A DNA stretch of 32,000 nt, from assembly GCF_051307035.1 (NCBI RefSeq), contig NZ_CP195536.1, positions 2,010,001 to 2,042,000 of the forward strand, given 5' to 3'. The stretch is from Psychrobacter sp. DM4 (lineage in GTDB: Bacteria > Pseudomonadota > Gammaproteobacteria > Pseudomonadales > Moraxellaceae). The notes beneath the pieces were generated by a model, which ran no database searches, was not told the origin of the DNA, and worked only from the letters and a program-made list of their open reading frames with translations. Below, one piece after another: positions 1 to 9,746 of the stretch (positions are counted from its first letter, which is position 1; each line of letters begins with the position of its first letter). A program made the position numbers and the translations under genes.

Positions 1-346
1 ACGGCGAGCCAAATATGCCACCGATATCCTTGATTGACTTGATACTAGGGTATTTGGTCAAAACCAACTCTACGGTGCCTGCGTTATAGACGTTAATCAA
101 AAATGCCAACTGCTCGTCTTTACTCCAACGATTGAATTCAGATTGACTGACTTTGCTCGTCGCTGCCATGTAGCTATCAAGTTTGCTTTTATCAGCTTTC
201 ATACCGTTGTAATTGACGACAGAGGCTTTACCACCATTGGTCATCGTCACGTTTTTATTTAGCAAACTATCCCAGCTACTATGATTAAAATCGGCATAAG
301 CGGCGCTTGATAGCATGAGCGTGGCAGCGATAAAGGTTTTAGTCAT
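1..346 (-). CDS. DUF547 domain-containing protein, partial (N-terminus in window, C-terminus beyond position 1); secreted or periplasmic
   Basis: Not in the ORF track because no stop lies in the window. My manual reverse translation from ATG 346 gives MTKTFIAATLMLSSAAYADFNHSSWDSLLNKNVTMTNGGKASVVNYNGMKADKSKLDSYMAATSKVSQSEFNRWSKDEQLAFLINVYNAGTVELVLTKYPSIKSIKDIGGIFGSP. It has a signal-peptide-like N-terminus and the DUF547-type AFxINxYNA motif. An in-frame upstream ATG at 382 is an alternative start. Confidence 0.7.
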   Translation of the reverse strand, partial: MTKTFIAATLMLSSAAYADFNHSSWDSLLNKNVTMTNGGKASVVNYNGMKADKSKLDSYMAATSKVSQSEFNRWSKDEQLAFLINVYNAGTVELVLTKYPSIKSIKDIGGIFGSP

Positions 347-447
347 TGAGATATTTGACAGTGGTACTTTATTATTAAACATAAGATAAGCTCCGTTGAT
401 GCTAATGATAATATTGGTTTTATGAATAAGAGTGCCTAGAACCTGCT

Positions 448-1425
448 CTAAACCACTTTTACCTTTTCTTCTTCTAAAGCACCGCCACAACTACTGCCTT
501 GTCCTGCCGTACAACCATAACAATGGTCGCCAATAGCAATATCGTCGCCAGTAGGGTTTTGGGTAAGTAGATTGCGTAGATGTCTTCGCGATCTGTTGGG
601 TACAGGCATCTCTAACTGTTGATTAAAATCGCAATCAAATAACTCACCAAGCCAGTTGACACTAATCGTCGAGCGGCACATCACATCGGTTAAATTGTGA
701 GCGTCATAGTTGTCTTTTAGCAGATTCATATAGGGATGAAATTCGTTTTTGGCGAGTAGCACTGCGCCAAAGCGCTGAATAGGCATATTGGTCAAGGCAA
801 ACAATTGATTAAACTCGATATCGAAGTGCTCTTTTAACTCGCGCTTATAGTCCGCCTCTAGTAATTGCTGGTTGGGCGGCAAAGAGGCGCCCTGTGGGTT
901 ATAAACAAGATTCAATGTCAACCCTGTATCTGCCCTTCCAAACCCAAATGCGTTGAGCTTATGCAGTCCCAAGATACTATCGTCAAATGCGCCTTTGCCG
1001 CGCTGTTTGTCGACGTTCTCAAGCGAGTAACAAGGCAGTGAGGCGACTACTTCGACCTCATTATCTGCCAAAAACTGTGCCATATCCTCATAACCCTCTT
1101 CCATCAAGATCGTTAAATTGCAACGATCAATGACTTTAACCCCTAGTGCGCGAGCTTCTTTTACTAAGTATTTAAAATCGTCATGCATCTCAGGAGCACC
1201 GCCTGTGAGATCAAGCGTGTCCATATCTTGCGCTTGTAATACGTCTACTATCAGCTCAACTAACTCACGCGACATCATCTCAGTCCGATAAGGACTGGCA
1301 GCCACATGACAATGGACACAAGACATGTTGCACAGATAGCCCATATTCACCTGTAGTGTTGTCAGCTCACGTCGCTTGATCGCTGGGAAGTCTGTATGTT
1401 CAAGCAGCTCAATAGTAGATTTCAT
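448..1425 (-). CDS. arsS: ArsS-family radical SAM / Cys-rich domain protein (arsenosugar-biosynthesis-type rSAM family, TIGR04167-like); actual substrate here unknown
   Basis: The 325-aa ORF has the CX3CX2C radical SAM motif CNMSCVHC near the N-terminus. It also has the family-typical C-terminal Cys-rich signature HCYGCTAGQGSSCGG. Confidence 0.8.
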   Translation of the reverse strand: MKSTIELLEHTDFPAIKRRELTTLQVNMGYLCNMSCVHCHVAASPYRTEMMSRELVELIVDVLQAQDMDTLDLTGGAPEMHDDFKYLVKEARALGVKVIDRCNLTILMEEGYEDMAQFLADNEVEVVASLPCYSLENVDKQRGKGAFDDSILGLHKLNAFGFGRADTGLTLNLVYNPQGASLPPNQQLLEADYKRELKEHFDIEFNQLFALTNMPIQRFGAVLLAKNEFHPYMNLLKDNYDAHNLTDVMCRSTISVNWLGELFDCDFNQQLEMPVPNRSRRHLRNLLTQNPTGDDIAIGDHCYGCTAGQGSSCGGALEEEKVKVV

Positions 1426-1698
1426 AAGGTATGGCCTTTATGTGATGGCAGTTTTGATTGATCAAACATTCCAATTGTAAAATATAGCGTTTTTATTCTT
1501 GATTAATTTGCTCGCCTGCAATAGTAGAGTATCTTAAAACTATAGAGATAAGTAGCATTTTTGAGTGATAACTCATTTATTATTGCACTATTTGACGATA
1601 CTATTGTGACGCTAGATAATAGACCATGTAACTAAATGGTCTAAACAGACTAAATTATTGTTTTTTAAATAGATTTTACTTTTTTCTCATACAAAAGT

Positions 1699-2874
1699 TT
1701 ACTTATATGACGCTACAAAACGCTTATCGATGTAGCGTTTGACGTACCAAATCCAGCGGCCTTGTAGGCTGTACTTACCCCAGCTACCGATAGCGTATAT
1801 ATCACCGCAGGACAATAAATATAGAGTACGCGCGCGTGGTTTGTACTCTTTTAACGGCTCATTAGCCAAGTACGCCATCAGATTGTTTGCTTCCACCGCG
1901 CCACCATGCACCGCGTGTACACCTGAATGTGCCACATCTTGGTCAGTGCGCGTTGCGACATCACCTACCGCGAATACATTGGCATGTGAAGTACTTTGCT
2001 GTACGGCGCTTACAGCGATGAAGCCTTTATCTACTGTTTTAAGAGTAGTATTCTTAGTCCAAGCTGCGCCCACCACGCCAGTCGCTGCGATGACACTGTT
2101 CATAGTCATCGACTTGGTATCAATAGCAAGTTGACTGTCTTTAAAGTCTTGCGCGCGTTCATAAATGACTGGAATATCTAGACGCTTAAGCTGCTTGATC
2201 ACTCGCTGAGTGAATTTAGCATCGAACCCCGATAGCAAATCACGTCCGCAGACCAGATAAACCTGATGATTTGGATTAATGGCTTGTAAGGCGACTTTTG
2301 CCGCCATAACGATCTCGGTCGCCGCCGCCCCTGCACCAATAATAGCCAGTTGATAATCCTCAGATTGCTGCGCGTCTAATAAAATCTGCTGCCATGCTTG
2401 AACGAGATGATGTAGCGGACGTATGGGTATAACCTTATCGTTAGATACATCAACCACTGCTTGATTAGTAGATGACTGATTAAAAGAGGCGTGGTTCGAG
2501 AGGGATTGAGCGCGCGCAAGCCAGTCTAAATCAGTATCAGCACCGGTATTCAACGATAAGATGTCATAATCGTGATCGCCTTTATCGGCAGTTGCGACAT
2601 TTTGCGCGTTTGCATCTACGCGAGTGATGGCGCTCTTGATGAGATCGACACCTGCCTGCTTACATAGTGACAAGACATCGATACTAATCTCATTGAGGCT
2701 ATAATGTCCTGCCATCCAGCCAGGTAGCATGCCAGAATACAGGCTTTGTGATTGCTCGCTGATCATAGCGATGTCTAGATTATCTGGACGCTTGGTACGC
2801 AAACGGCGCAGCAAGCCAATATGAGCGTGACCGCCTCCTGCCAAGAGTAGTTTTTTTATCGATGAGTTTTTCAT
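1699..2874 (-). CDS. FAD/NAD(P)-dependent pyridine nucleotide-disulfide oxidoreductase family protein (resembles the family found fused N-terminal to SelD, TIGR03169-like)
   Basis: The 391-aa ORF has an N-terminal LLLAGGGHAH dinucleotide-binding motif, a second Rossmann motif AIIGAGAAATE, and a C-terminal VFAVGDVA FAD motif. Confidence 0.8.
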   Translation of the reverse strand: MKNSSIKKLLLAGGGHAHIGLLRRLRTKRPDNLDIAMISEQSQSLYSGMLPGWMAGHYSLNEISIDVLSLCKQAGVDLIKSAITRVDANAQNVATADKGDHDYDILSLNTGADTDLDWLARAQSLSNHASFNQSSTNQAVVDVSNDKVIPIRPLHHLVQAWQQILLDAQQSEDYQLAIIGAGAAATEIVMAAKVALQAINPNHQVYLVCGRDLLSGFDAKFTQRVIKQLKRLDIPVIYERAQDFKDSQLAIDTKSMTMNSVIAATGVVGAAWTKNTTLKTVDKGFIAVSAVQQSTSHANVFAVGDVATRTDQDVAHSGVHAVHGGAVEANNLMAYLANEPLKEYKPRARTLYLLSCGDIYAIGSWGKYSLQGRWIWYVKRYIDKRFVASYK

Positions 2875-3202
2875 AGAGGTAAAGGCGCTTTTACAATTAA
2901 TAATAATGGATAATGATAACTTTGTAGGTACATTAGTAAACCATAAATTTTATGGTAACGGGGCGAGCTAATGTAAGATAAAGACATAAATATATTTGAC
3001 CCCACAAAGCTTTATGGTTAGATTAGCTGAAGCCTGTACTCATGACACAATAGGTCTGTCTTATTCAAAGTATACTTTTCTTGATTATCAGTTGGGTCTA
3101 AGACTCGCCACAAAAAAGTTAGGTCTAGGACTGATCACAAATAATAGAACAACACTACCTTATAGTATCTGCCATCACCTCGCTATTTTTAAGGAATTAT
3201 TT

Positions 3203-4144
3203 ATGCCTCATCCAGAGCAAATCACCTCCTCAGATAATACTCATTATCTCCATCATACTTTTTTTGAGCCAAGTGACACTAGCACCAAGATCACAGCAAC
3301 CTTGCTTATCGTTCATGGTATGTGTGAGCACAGCGGACGCTATAGCGATTTTGCGCAGTTCTTGGCAGACGAGGGTGTCGCCGTTGCCACCTACGATCAA
3401 CTCGGTCATGGCAAAACGGTTAAGACCTCAGATGAACTAGGATTCTTTGGTGATGAGCATCCTGTTCAATCACTGTTAAAGGATGTTATCGTCATGGCCG
3501 ACAGTCTAAAAGAGCGTCACCCTGACGTACCGCATTTTGTCATGGGGCACTCTATGGGTTCGTTTATAGTCCGTAATGTGCTCAAGCATCACGCGCATAA
3601 TTTTTCAGGGGCGATCCTTATGGGCACAGCAGACGCTAACCCCTTGACCAAAGTGCTACTGCCTGTCAGTAAACTACTGGCAAAAGCGGCGCCCAAAAAG
3701 ACCAATCCTGTCTTTGCTAAAGTCATGAACAAAACGCTTAATAGCCAGTTGGATAATCGCATCTCATCGTCGCCTTTTGCCTGGATTAGTGAAAACCCAG
3801 ACAATGTTGCTGCCTATGAGGCTGACCCGCTTACTGGTTTTGACTTTACCAATAACGGTTTTTTTGCTTTATTTACCTTGATGGACACAGGCCTGCGTAA
3901 GGGTTGGTCCACCACGATTGCTAAAGACTTCCCTATGCTGTTCGTCAGTGGTCAAAACGATCCTATCGGCGATATGGGTAGCGGCATTAACACTGTGGTG
4001 AATCGCTTAGAAAAACAAAGCTTCAGTAATGTAGAAGTGCAACTGTATTCCAACATGCGCCATGAGCCTTTGAATGAGCAAGATAATAAAACCGTCTATC
4101 AAGATATCTTGGTATGGATAGAGAATCATACTTCAAATGCTTAA
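3203..4144 (+). CDS. alpha/beta hydrolase (lysophospholipase / monoacylglycerol-lipase-like)
   Basis: It has the GHSMGS nucleophile elbow and VHGMCEHSGRY oxyanion region typical of Hydrolase_4-type lipases. I moved the start to ATG 3203 (MPHPEQ...) because AAGGA lies 7 nt upstream. The track start at 2996 adds 69 non-homologous-looking residues. Confidence 0.8.
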   Translation: MPHPEQITSSDNTHYLHHTFFEPSDTSTKITATLLIVHGMCEHSGRYSDFAQFLADEGVAVATYDQLGHGKTVKTSDELGFFGDEHPVQSLLKDVIVMADSLKERHPDVPHFVMGHSMGSFIVRNVLKHHAHNFSGAILMGTADANPLTKVLLPVSKLLAKAAPKKTNPVFAKVMNKTLNSQLDNRISSSPFAWISENPDNVAAYEADPLTGFDFTNNGFFALFTLMDTGLRKGWSTTIAKDFPMLFVSGQNDPIGDMGSGINTVVNRLEKQSFSNVEVQLYSNMRHEPLNEQDNKTVYQDILVWIENHTSNA

Positions 4145-4281
4145 CCTTTGTATTGATACCAGTACTGCGCTCATTTGCTAAAAGACGCTAAATTGGCGAC
4201 AATACGGCAAGTATCTTTTGATCAAATGATTTACTCGCAGCTCTACCCTTCATTTAATTACTAACCTTTTTAAGGATTTTT

Positions 4282-5103
4282 ATGTCATTGCAACACACTA
4301 TCGAACAAGCTTTTGAGAACCGTAACGAATATAGCCCAGCTACTATGCCACAAGACGTCCGTGATGCTATTGAGCAAGTACTTGAGCAACTCGACAACGG
4401 TAGTTTGCGTGTCGCTGAGAAAAAAGATGGCGAATGGGTGGTCAATCAGTGGGCCAAAAAAGCAGTACTGCTCTCGTTCCGTTTGAATGACAATTACGTT
4501 CAGTCTACAGGCGATCACCTCCAGTTCTATGACAAAGTGCCAACTAAGTTTGCTGATTGGACTGAAGCTCAATTCAAAGAAGCAGGCGTTCGCGTCGTAC
4601 CACCTGCCGTGGCTCGTAAAGGTTCATACATAGCAGCAGGTGCGGTGTTGATGCCTTCATACGTCAATATCGGTGCATATGTCGATCAAGGTGCCATGGT
4701 CGATACATGGGCAACGGTTGGATCCTGTGCACAAATCGGTAAGAACGTGCATCTATCAGGCGGCGTTGGTATCGGCGGCGTATTGGAGCCATTACAGGCC
4801 AATCCGACTATCATCGAAGACAACTGCTTTATCGGAGCGCGCTCTGAGATCGTAGAAGGCGTAATCGTAGAAGAAGGCGCGGTCATCTCTATGGGCGTCT
4901 ATATCGGTCAATCAACCAAGATTTATGATCGCGAAACGGGCGAGATTTATCGTGGCCGCGTACCAGCAGGTTCAGTCGTTGTCCCAGGATCATTACCTTC
5001 TGAGTGTGGTAAATATAGCTTATACGCTGCTATTATCGTCAAAAAGGTCGATGCGCAAACGCGTGCGAAGACGGCAGTTAATGAGCTGCTTCGTTTAGAT
5101 TAA
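4282..5103 (+). CDS. dapD: 2,3,4,5-tetrahydropyridine-2,6-dicarboxylate N-succinyltransferase
   Basis: At 273 aa it has the typical DapD length. It shows a DapD-like N-terminus (IEQAFENR...[25 protein letters not shown]) and left-handed beta-helix hexapeptide repeats ([30 protein letters not shown]). AAGGA lies upstream of the ATG. Confidence 0.95.
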   Translation: MSLQHTIEQAFENRNEYSPATMPQDVRDAIEQVLEQLDNGSLRVAEKKDGEWVVNQWAKKAVLLSFRLNDNYVQSTGDHLQFYDKVPTKFADWTEAQFKEAGVRVVPPAVARKGSYIAAGAVLMPSYVNIGAYVDQGAMVDTWATVGSCAQIGKNVHLSGGVGIGGVLEPLQANPTIIEDNCFIGARSEIVEGVIVEEGAVISMGVYIGQSTKIYDRETGEIYRGRVPAGSVVVPGSLPSECGKYSLYAAIIVKKVDAQTRAKTAVNELLRLD

Positions 5104-5168
5104 GCGCTACTTTTTGCCAAAAAGCTACTTTTGACAATGAACAGTTACCTGATATTAAACGACTAAAA

Positions 5169-5202
5169 AGATGCTGACAGGGCAACCTTCAGCGTCTTTT
5201 TT
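5169..5202 (+). terminator. rho-independent terminator after dapD
   Basis: Stem agatgctga / tcagcgtct (one G-U pair) with an 11-nt loop, followed by a T6 run. Confidence 0.6.
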
Positions 5203-5346
5203 GCATCATAATTGCGTCAAGTATGGTCGCTTAAGTTATAATCTGTCTTTATTTTCTCTACCTTAGAGCCATCAAAGAGTATCTTCGTTATCTTTAATGA
5301 TAATGGCTTGATTGCCTGATTACCCCTTAACTGTATTTGAAATATT

Positions 5347-6069
5347 ATGACTTTAAGAAACGCCACCATTCCTGTCACTGATCCCGAAGCGGGTCTGCGC
5401 CTCACCGAGATATTCTACTCTTTGCAAGGCGAAGCGCTGACCTCAGGGTTGCCGACGATATTTGTGCGCCTAACCGGTTGTCCGCTCAGATGTGTCTACT
5501 GCGATACAGAATATGCTTTTACAGGTGGCGAGCGCCAATCGCTTGAAACCATCGTGGCAACGATAGCCAGCTTTCCATGCAAACGCATTTGTCTGACAGG
5601 CGGTGAGCCGCTCGCGCAGCCAAATGCGCTTGAGCTTATGAAGCGCTTACTGACTGATGGCTATGAGATATCCCTTGAGACGGCCGGTGCGTTGACGGTC
5701 AAAAACGTGCCGCCAGCCGTCAGCAAAGTCATGGATCTCAAAACGCCAAGCTCAGGTGAGGTGGACAAAAACTTATGGTCAAACTTAGATTACTTGACCC
5801 CGCATGATCAGATCAAGTTTGTCATTATGAACCGCGCTGATTATGACTGGGCAAAAGCAAAACTCATTGAGCATCAGCTCGATAAAGTGGTTGGAACGGT
5901 TTGGTTCTCTCCGATGTTTAACGTCGCCGATGATATCGATGAACAGTTCAGCCCTGACGTACCTGTACTGGCTCGCGAGTTGGCTGAGTGGATACTGACT
6001 GACGCCCTACCCGTACGCTTTCAGTTGCAATTGCATAAAATCATTTGGGCAGATGCAAAGGGCAAATAG
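5347..6069 (+). CDS. queE: 7-carboxy-7-deazaguanine synthase (radical SAM)
   Basis: IFYSLQGE...IFVRLTGCPLRCVYCDTEYAF matches the QueE N-terminal signature with a CX3CX2C cluster. The protein is 240 aa. Confidence 0.9.
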   Translation: MTLRNATIPVTDPEAGLRLTEIFYSLQGEALTSGLPTIFVRLTGCPLRCVYCDTEYAFTGGERQSLETIVATIASFPCKRICLTGGEPLAQPNALELMKRLLTDGYEISLETAGALTVKNVPPAVSKVMDLKTPSSGEVDKNLWSNLDYLTPHDQIKFVIMNRADYDWAKAKLIEHQLDKVVGTVWFSPMFNVADDIDEQFSPDVPVLARELAEWILTDALPVRFQLQLHKIIWADAKGK

Positions 6070-6071
6070 TT

Positions 6072-6707
6072 ATGTTCAATGCTTTAATTTTTCCTGATAT
6101 TTTATTATATTTACTAGATATGATTGGGATCATTGCCTGTGCTATCGCTGGGACTTTACTTGCTCAGCACAAAGGGTTCGATATCGCAGGCTGCATTTTG
6201 GTATCGATGGTCAATGCTATCGGCGGCGGTACTTTGAGAGATATGGCATTAGATCGTCATCCTTTATTTTGGATGACTGATTTGAACTATGTCATCGTCA
6301 TTACGATGACCTCTCTTATCTTGCAGATGTTCTTTCACCTCTACCACAAGATTGATAATGCGCTCAAACTCTTTGATGCTGTTGGTCTTGCTGCTTTTAG
6401 CGTGATTGGTTTCAAGGTCGCATTAAATCTAGGGGTAGCGCCACTCATTGCGGTAATGATGGGAGTATGGACGGCCATTCTTGGCGGTTTGCTACGTGAT
6501 ATTATCTGTAATGAGATACCGCTCGTGCTACAGCGTGAGATTTATATCACAGCGAGCGTTGCAGGCTCGGTCACCTACCTTTGCCTCCAGTACTTCGGTG
6601 TCAATGCAGGTCTTAATGAATTTATTATGCTTCTGGTTATCTTTTTCGTACGTATGCTTGCGCTCAGATTTGACTGGCATTTGCCTTCTATTCGTTTGGT
6701 ACGATAA
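6072..6707 (+). CDS. trimeric intracellular cation channel (TRIC / UPF0126, YadS-YicG-like) family membrane protein, copy 1
   Basis: It is a multi-pass hydrophobic protein with the duplicated UPF0126 motif (GGGTLRD and GGLLRD). I set the start at ATG 6072, 2 nt after the queE stop, rather than the track start at 6045 that overlaps queE. Confidence 0.85.
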   Translation: MFNALIFPDILLYLLDMIGIIACAIAGTLLAQHKGFDIAGCILVSMVNAIGGGTLRDMALDRHPLFWMTDLNYVIVITMTSLILQMFFHLYHKIDNALKLFDAVGLAAFSVIGFKVALNLGVAPLIAVMMGVWTAILGGLLRDIICNEIPLVLQREIYITASVAGSVTYLCLQYFGVNAGLNEFIMLLVIFFVRMLALRFDWHLPSIRLVR

Positions 6708-6775
6708 ACGATACACTAGCTGCTTTTAATATTCCTACCTCTAAAATTTTGAGAATCCTATTTAGTGAGAGATTC

Positions 6776-7438
6776 ATGCTAACGATTGCCTTGGATGCAG
6801 AGCTAATCACCACTTTTGATCCGCGATCTTTACTCTATTTGTTCGATATGATTGGTATCGTTGCCTGTAGTATCTCAGGTACGATACTGGCTAAGCACAA
6901 AAACTTCGATGTTTTTGGCTGTTTGCTAGTGTCTATCGTAACGGCTATCGGCGGCGGCACAGTTCGCGATGTTATCTTAGATCGTCATCCCCTATTTTGG
7001 ATGGTTGATATGAGCTACCTAACGGTCATTACTATCTCATCACTTGTCATGCAGATATTCTTTCATCCCAACTCTATACGAGTCGATAAGTTCCTCAAAC
7101 TCTCTGATACCATCGGTCTGTCAGCGTTTACTCTGATCGGTATCAAAGTCGCTGATAGTATGGGTGCGAACGTTCCCGTTGCTCTATTACTTGGCGTTAT
7201 CACTATCATCGTCGGTGGTATTATCCGCGATATGATTTGTAATGAGATTCCACTGGTACTACAGCAGGAGATTTATATCTCCGCCGCTTTAACTGGCGGT
7301 ATACTCTACTTTGCTTTGCGCAACTTAGGGTTAAGTGCTTGGATTACTGATATTGCGACGATGAGTACTATTTTTACGTTACGCATGCTAGCGATTCGCT
7401 TTGACTGGCAGTTCCCAACACTGCAATGGAGATACTAA
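6776..7438 (+). CDS. TRIC / UPF0126 family membrane protein, copy 2 (tandem paralog)
   Basis: It shares DRHPLFWM, ICNEIPLVLQ.EIYI and LA.RFDW blocks with copy 1. ATG 6776 is preferred over the TTG at 6749. Confidence 0.85.
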   Translation: MLTIALDAELITTFDPRSLLYLFDMIGIVACSISGTILAKHKNFDVFGCLLVSIVTAIGGGTVRDVILDRHPLFWMVDMSYLTVITISSLVMQIFFHPNSIRVDKFLKLSDTIGLSAFTLIGIKVADSMGANVPVALLLGVITIIVGGIIRDMICNEIPLVLQQEIYISAALTGGILYFALRNLGLSAWITDIATMSTIFTLRMLAIRFDWQFPTLQWRY

Positions 7439-7475
7439 AAAAGCGTCAACCTCGTTCCAAGGTAACGCTTTTTTC
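7437..7475. terminator. hairpin with flanking A and T runs between convergent TRIC-2 and recJ (possible bidirectional terminator)
   Basis: The sequence is aaaaaagcgt...acgctttttt. The stem is imperfect and short. Confidence 0.45.
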
Positions 7476-7527
7476 TGACGTGGCCTATAAATTTTTGTGC
7501 ATTAATAGGTGTTTATAAATTACTATT

Positions 7528-9393
7528 TTAACTAGCGCTATTTACTAGAGCCAAATCTCTGACCATCAGTTGTAGACTCTGCTTGCCATTCCACTCATTA
7601 ATATCTAATTGAAACAGTAGATGTACCTGCTCGGCGCGGTAATCCCACACCTCACTATCAAAGTTAAAGTAAATGGCCTCAATCGGATATTGTACATCAG
7701 GATATCGCAGTGATAGCTTAAGATGCTTGTCTTTTAATATCTTAAAACTGAGCACTTCAAAGACACCATCAAATATCGGCGGCGCAAAACCATGGCCCCA
7801 AATACTTGCACTGGCTAGGTGCTCAGCAAACCCCAAGCTAAAGTCGCAGCCTTGCAAAGATCCATCAGTGAATTTTTGCTCAGCGAATACTTCATCATCT
7901 AGCTGCGCCATCACCTCATCAAAAGCACTGACAAACCCATCAAAGTTGCGACGTTTTAACGTCAGGCCAGCCGCCATGGCATGACCACCGAAATGGCTGA
8001 TAAGGTTAGGGTACTGCTCAGCTACTTGTTCGATCGCATCGCGGATATGCACACCAGCGATAGAACGCGCTGAGCCTTTAATAGGATCATCATCACCCGT
8101 ACGCTCTGTATTGGCAGGAGCAAAGACGATGCTGGGTCGATAATGACTTTCTTTTAACCGTCCTGCCACGATACCGATGACGCCTTGATGCCAGTCGTCT
8201 TTGTATAGAATAATACTACGGCTAGTGTCATTCTTAGCCTGCTTATTAAAAGGTGCATCAGTAGCGTTGTCGACTGTGTTAACGTTGTCATGACAAATGA
8301 TGTCGTCATTATCATGACTGATCGTTATATCAGGCTCATCATCGCTGTTATCGTCTGCTAAAGTTTGCACGATAGTATCCGCTTGCGCACGCATCTCGCC
8401 TTCAACCTGACGGCGCGTGCGATTGAGCTGTTCAAGCTCTTGCGCCAAACGCTGCGCGGTGCTCCAGTCATCGGCCAGCAGGCATTCAATACCGATACGC
8501 ATATTATCCATGCGACCGGCGGCATTGATACGCGGTCCTAATACAAATCCAAAGTCCTGCGCTTGCATTTGCTTGGGATCACGTCCTGCCTGCTCAAGCA
8601 GTGCCAGTATACCTACACTACAGCGTCCTTGACGAATCGCGGCAAGTCCATGATGCACGAGAGTACGATTATTCTTATCAAGCACCCCAACATCAGCAAT
8701 CGTCCCAAGCGCGACCAAATCCAGATATTGACTCACTTGAACCGTAGACTTGTCCGCCTCGCGGCGCAATCTTGCCAAACGTCCTAGTACATAGAAGGCT
8801 ACGCCAACGCCAACGAGTGCTTTACTCGCAAAGCTGCAATCTACCTGATTAGGGTTGACCACCGCTTCAGCGGACGGTACTGTCTTAGTCGTTAAATGGT
8901 GATCAGTAATGATCACGATGATACCGTTAGCTTGGGCGCGCGCCACGCCTTCATGACTTGAGATACCATTATCGACCGTTACGATCATATCAGGATGATA
9001 AGTCTCTATACCCAGCTCGACGATTTCAGGCGTCAGCCCATAACCGTACTTGAAGCGATCGGGCACGATAAAGTCAACGACTGCGCCCATAGCACTCAGC
9101 GCGCGTATCATGAGTGCGGTACTGGTGGCGCCATCACAATCAAAGTCGCCGACGATAAGAATACGCAAACCCTCGTCAATAGCTTGATCAAGCAGACGAA
9201 CTGCCTCTGTGACGCCGTGCAGGTGTTCCGCTGGCAATAGTCCTGATAGACCCGTCTCTAGTTCGTTGGGCGCAGTGATACCGCGACCTGCATATAGTCT
9301 AGCGAGGGTTAAGGATTGGGCGGCAAGGGACTGCAATGCAGCGGGCAACTCGTCATTACAAGTTGCGGTATAACGGGGGGTTAAATTTAGCAT
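7528..9393 (-). CDS. recJ: single-stranded-DNA-specific exonuclease RecJ
   Basis: DHH-family motifs DFDCDG, ITDHH and GGHAMAAG are present, with RecJ-like order throughout. The protein is 621 aa and has a low-complexity insert. Confidence 0.95.
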   Translation of the reverse strand: MLNLTPRYTATCNDELPAALQSLAAQSLTLARLYAGRGITAPNELETGLSGLLPAEHLHGVTEAVRLLDQAIDEGLRILIVGDFDCDGATSTALMIRALSAMGAVVDFIVPDRFKYGYGLTPEIVELGIETYHPDMIVTVDNGISSHEGVARAQANGIIVIITDHHLTTKTVPSAEAVVNPNQVDCSFASKALVGVGVAFYVLGRLARLRREADKSTVQVSQYLDLVALGTIADVGVLDKNNRTLVHHGLAAIRQGRCSVGILALLEQAGRDPKQMQAQDFGFVLGPRINAAGRMDNMRIGIECLLADDWSTAQRLAQELEQLNRTRRQVEGEMRAQADTIVQTLADDNSDDEPDITISHDNDDIICHDNVNTVDNATDAPFNKQAKNDTSRSIILYKDDWHQGVIGIVAGRLKESHYRPSIVFAPANTERTGDDDPIKGSARSIAGVHIRDAIEQVAEQYPNLISHFGGHAMAAGLTLKRRNFDGFVSAFDEVMAQLDDEVFAEQKFTDGSLQGCDFSLGFAEHLASASIWGHGFAPPIFDGVFEVLSFKILKDKHLKLSLRYPDVQYPIEAIYFNFDSEVWDYRAEQVHLLFQLDINEWNGKQSLQLMVRDLALVNSAS

Positions 9394-9746
9394 GAGCGTA
9401 TTCTACTGGCTTTTATAGACAGTCACAATGCTAATAGGCACTGTTAAACAATAATACTATCAACTGATATCACTTGAATATTTGCAAATCTTAGACATTG
9501 AAATATAGGATCAATGTAGCGAGACTTGTCGTCTTATTTACAAAAACTGTGCACTCTCACAGTAATTCTCTGCATTTCGCTACAAACCTATAATTGCATA
9601 GCGCTCACAAATGATTAAAATATTAGGCAGTATAATCATTCATTCTAACTATTAATTCTCTTGATTATTAATTAACATAGCAATTACTTATCAACTTCAA
9701 CCTGCTAGTTATACCTTGACCATTGAATCACTTAAAAGGATATTTT

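Noticed and set aside
1739-2134. 131-aa plus-strand ORF, with 1996-2181, inside the flavoprotein gene
   Set aside because: It lies antisense within a well-supported CDS. Its composition is Ala/Pro/Thr/Cys-rich, typical of a shadow frame, and it has no RBS or family resemblance.
2996-3202. 69-codon N-terminal extension of the alpha/beta hydrolase in the track
   Set aside because: The internal ATG 3203 has AAGGA at ideal spacing. The hydrolase fold begins shortly after it, and the extension has no hydrolase-like sequence.
5204-5346. Possible preQ1 riboswitch upstream of queE
   Set aside because: I could not find the conserved preQ1-I/II core sequence or a convincing pseudoknot-forming hairpin in the leader.
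9368-9380. C6/G6 homopolymer at recJ codons 5-7 as a slippage-prone tract
   Set aside because: Six residues is short for phase variation, and recJ is a housekeeping gene. This is likely coincidence of the Thr-Pro-Arg codons.
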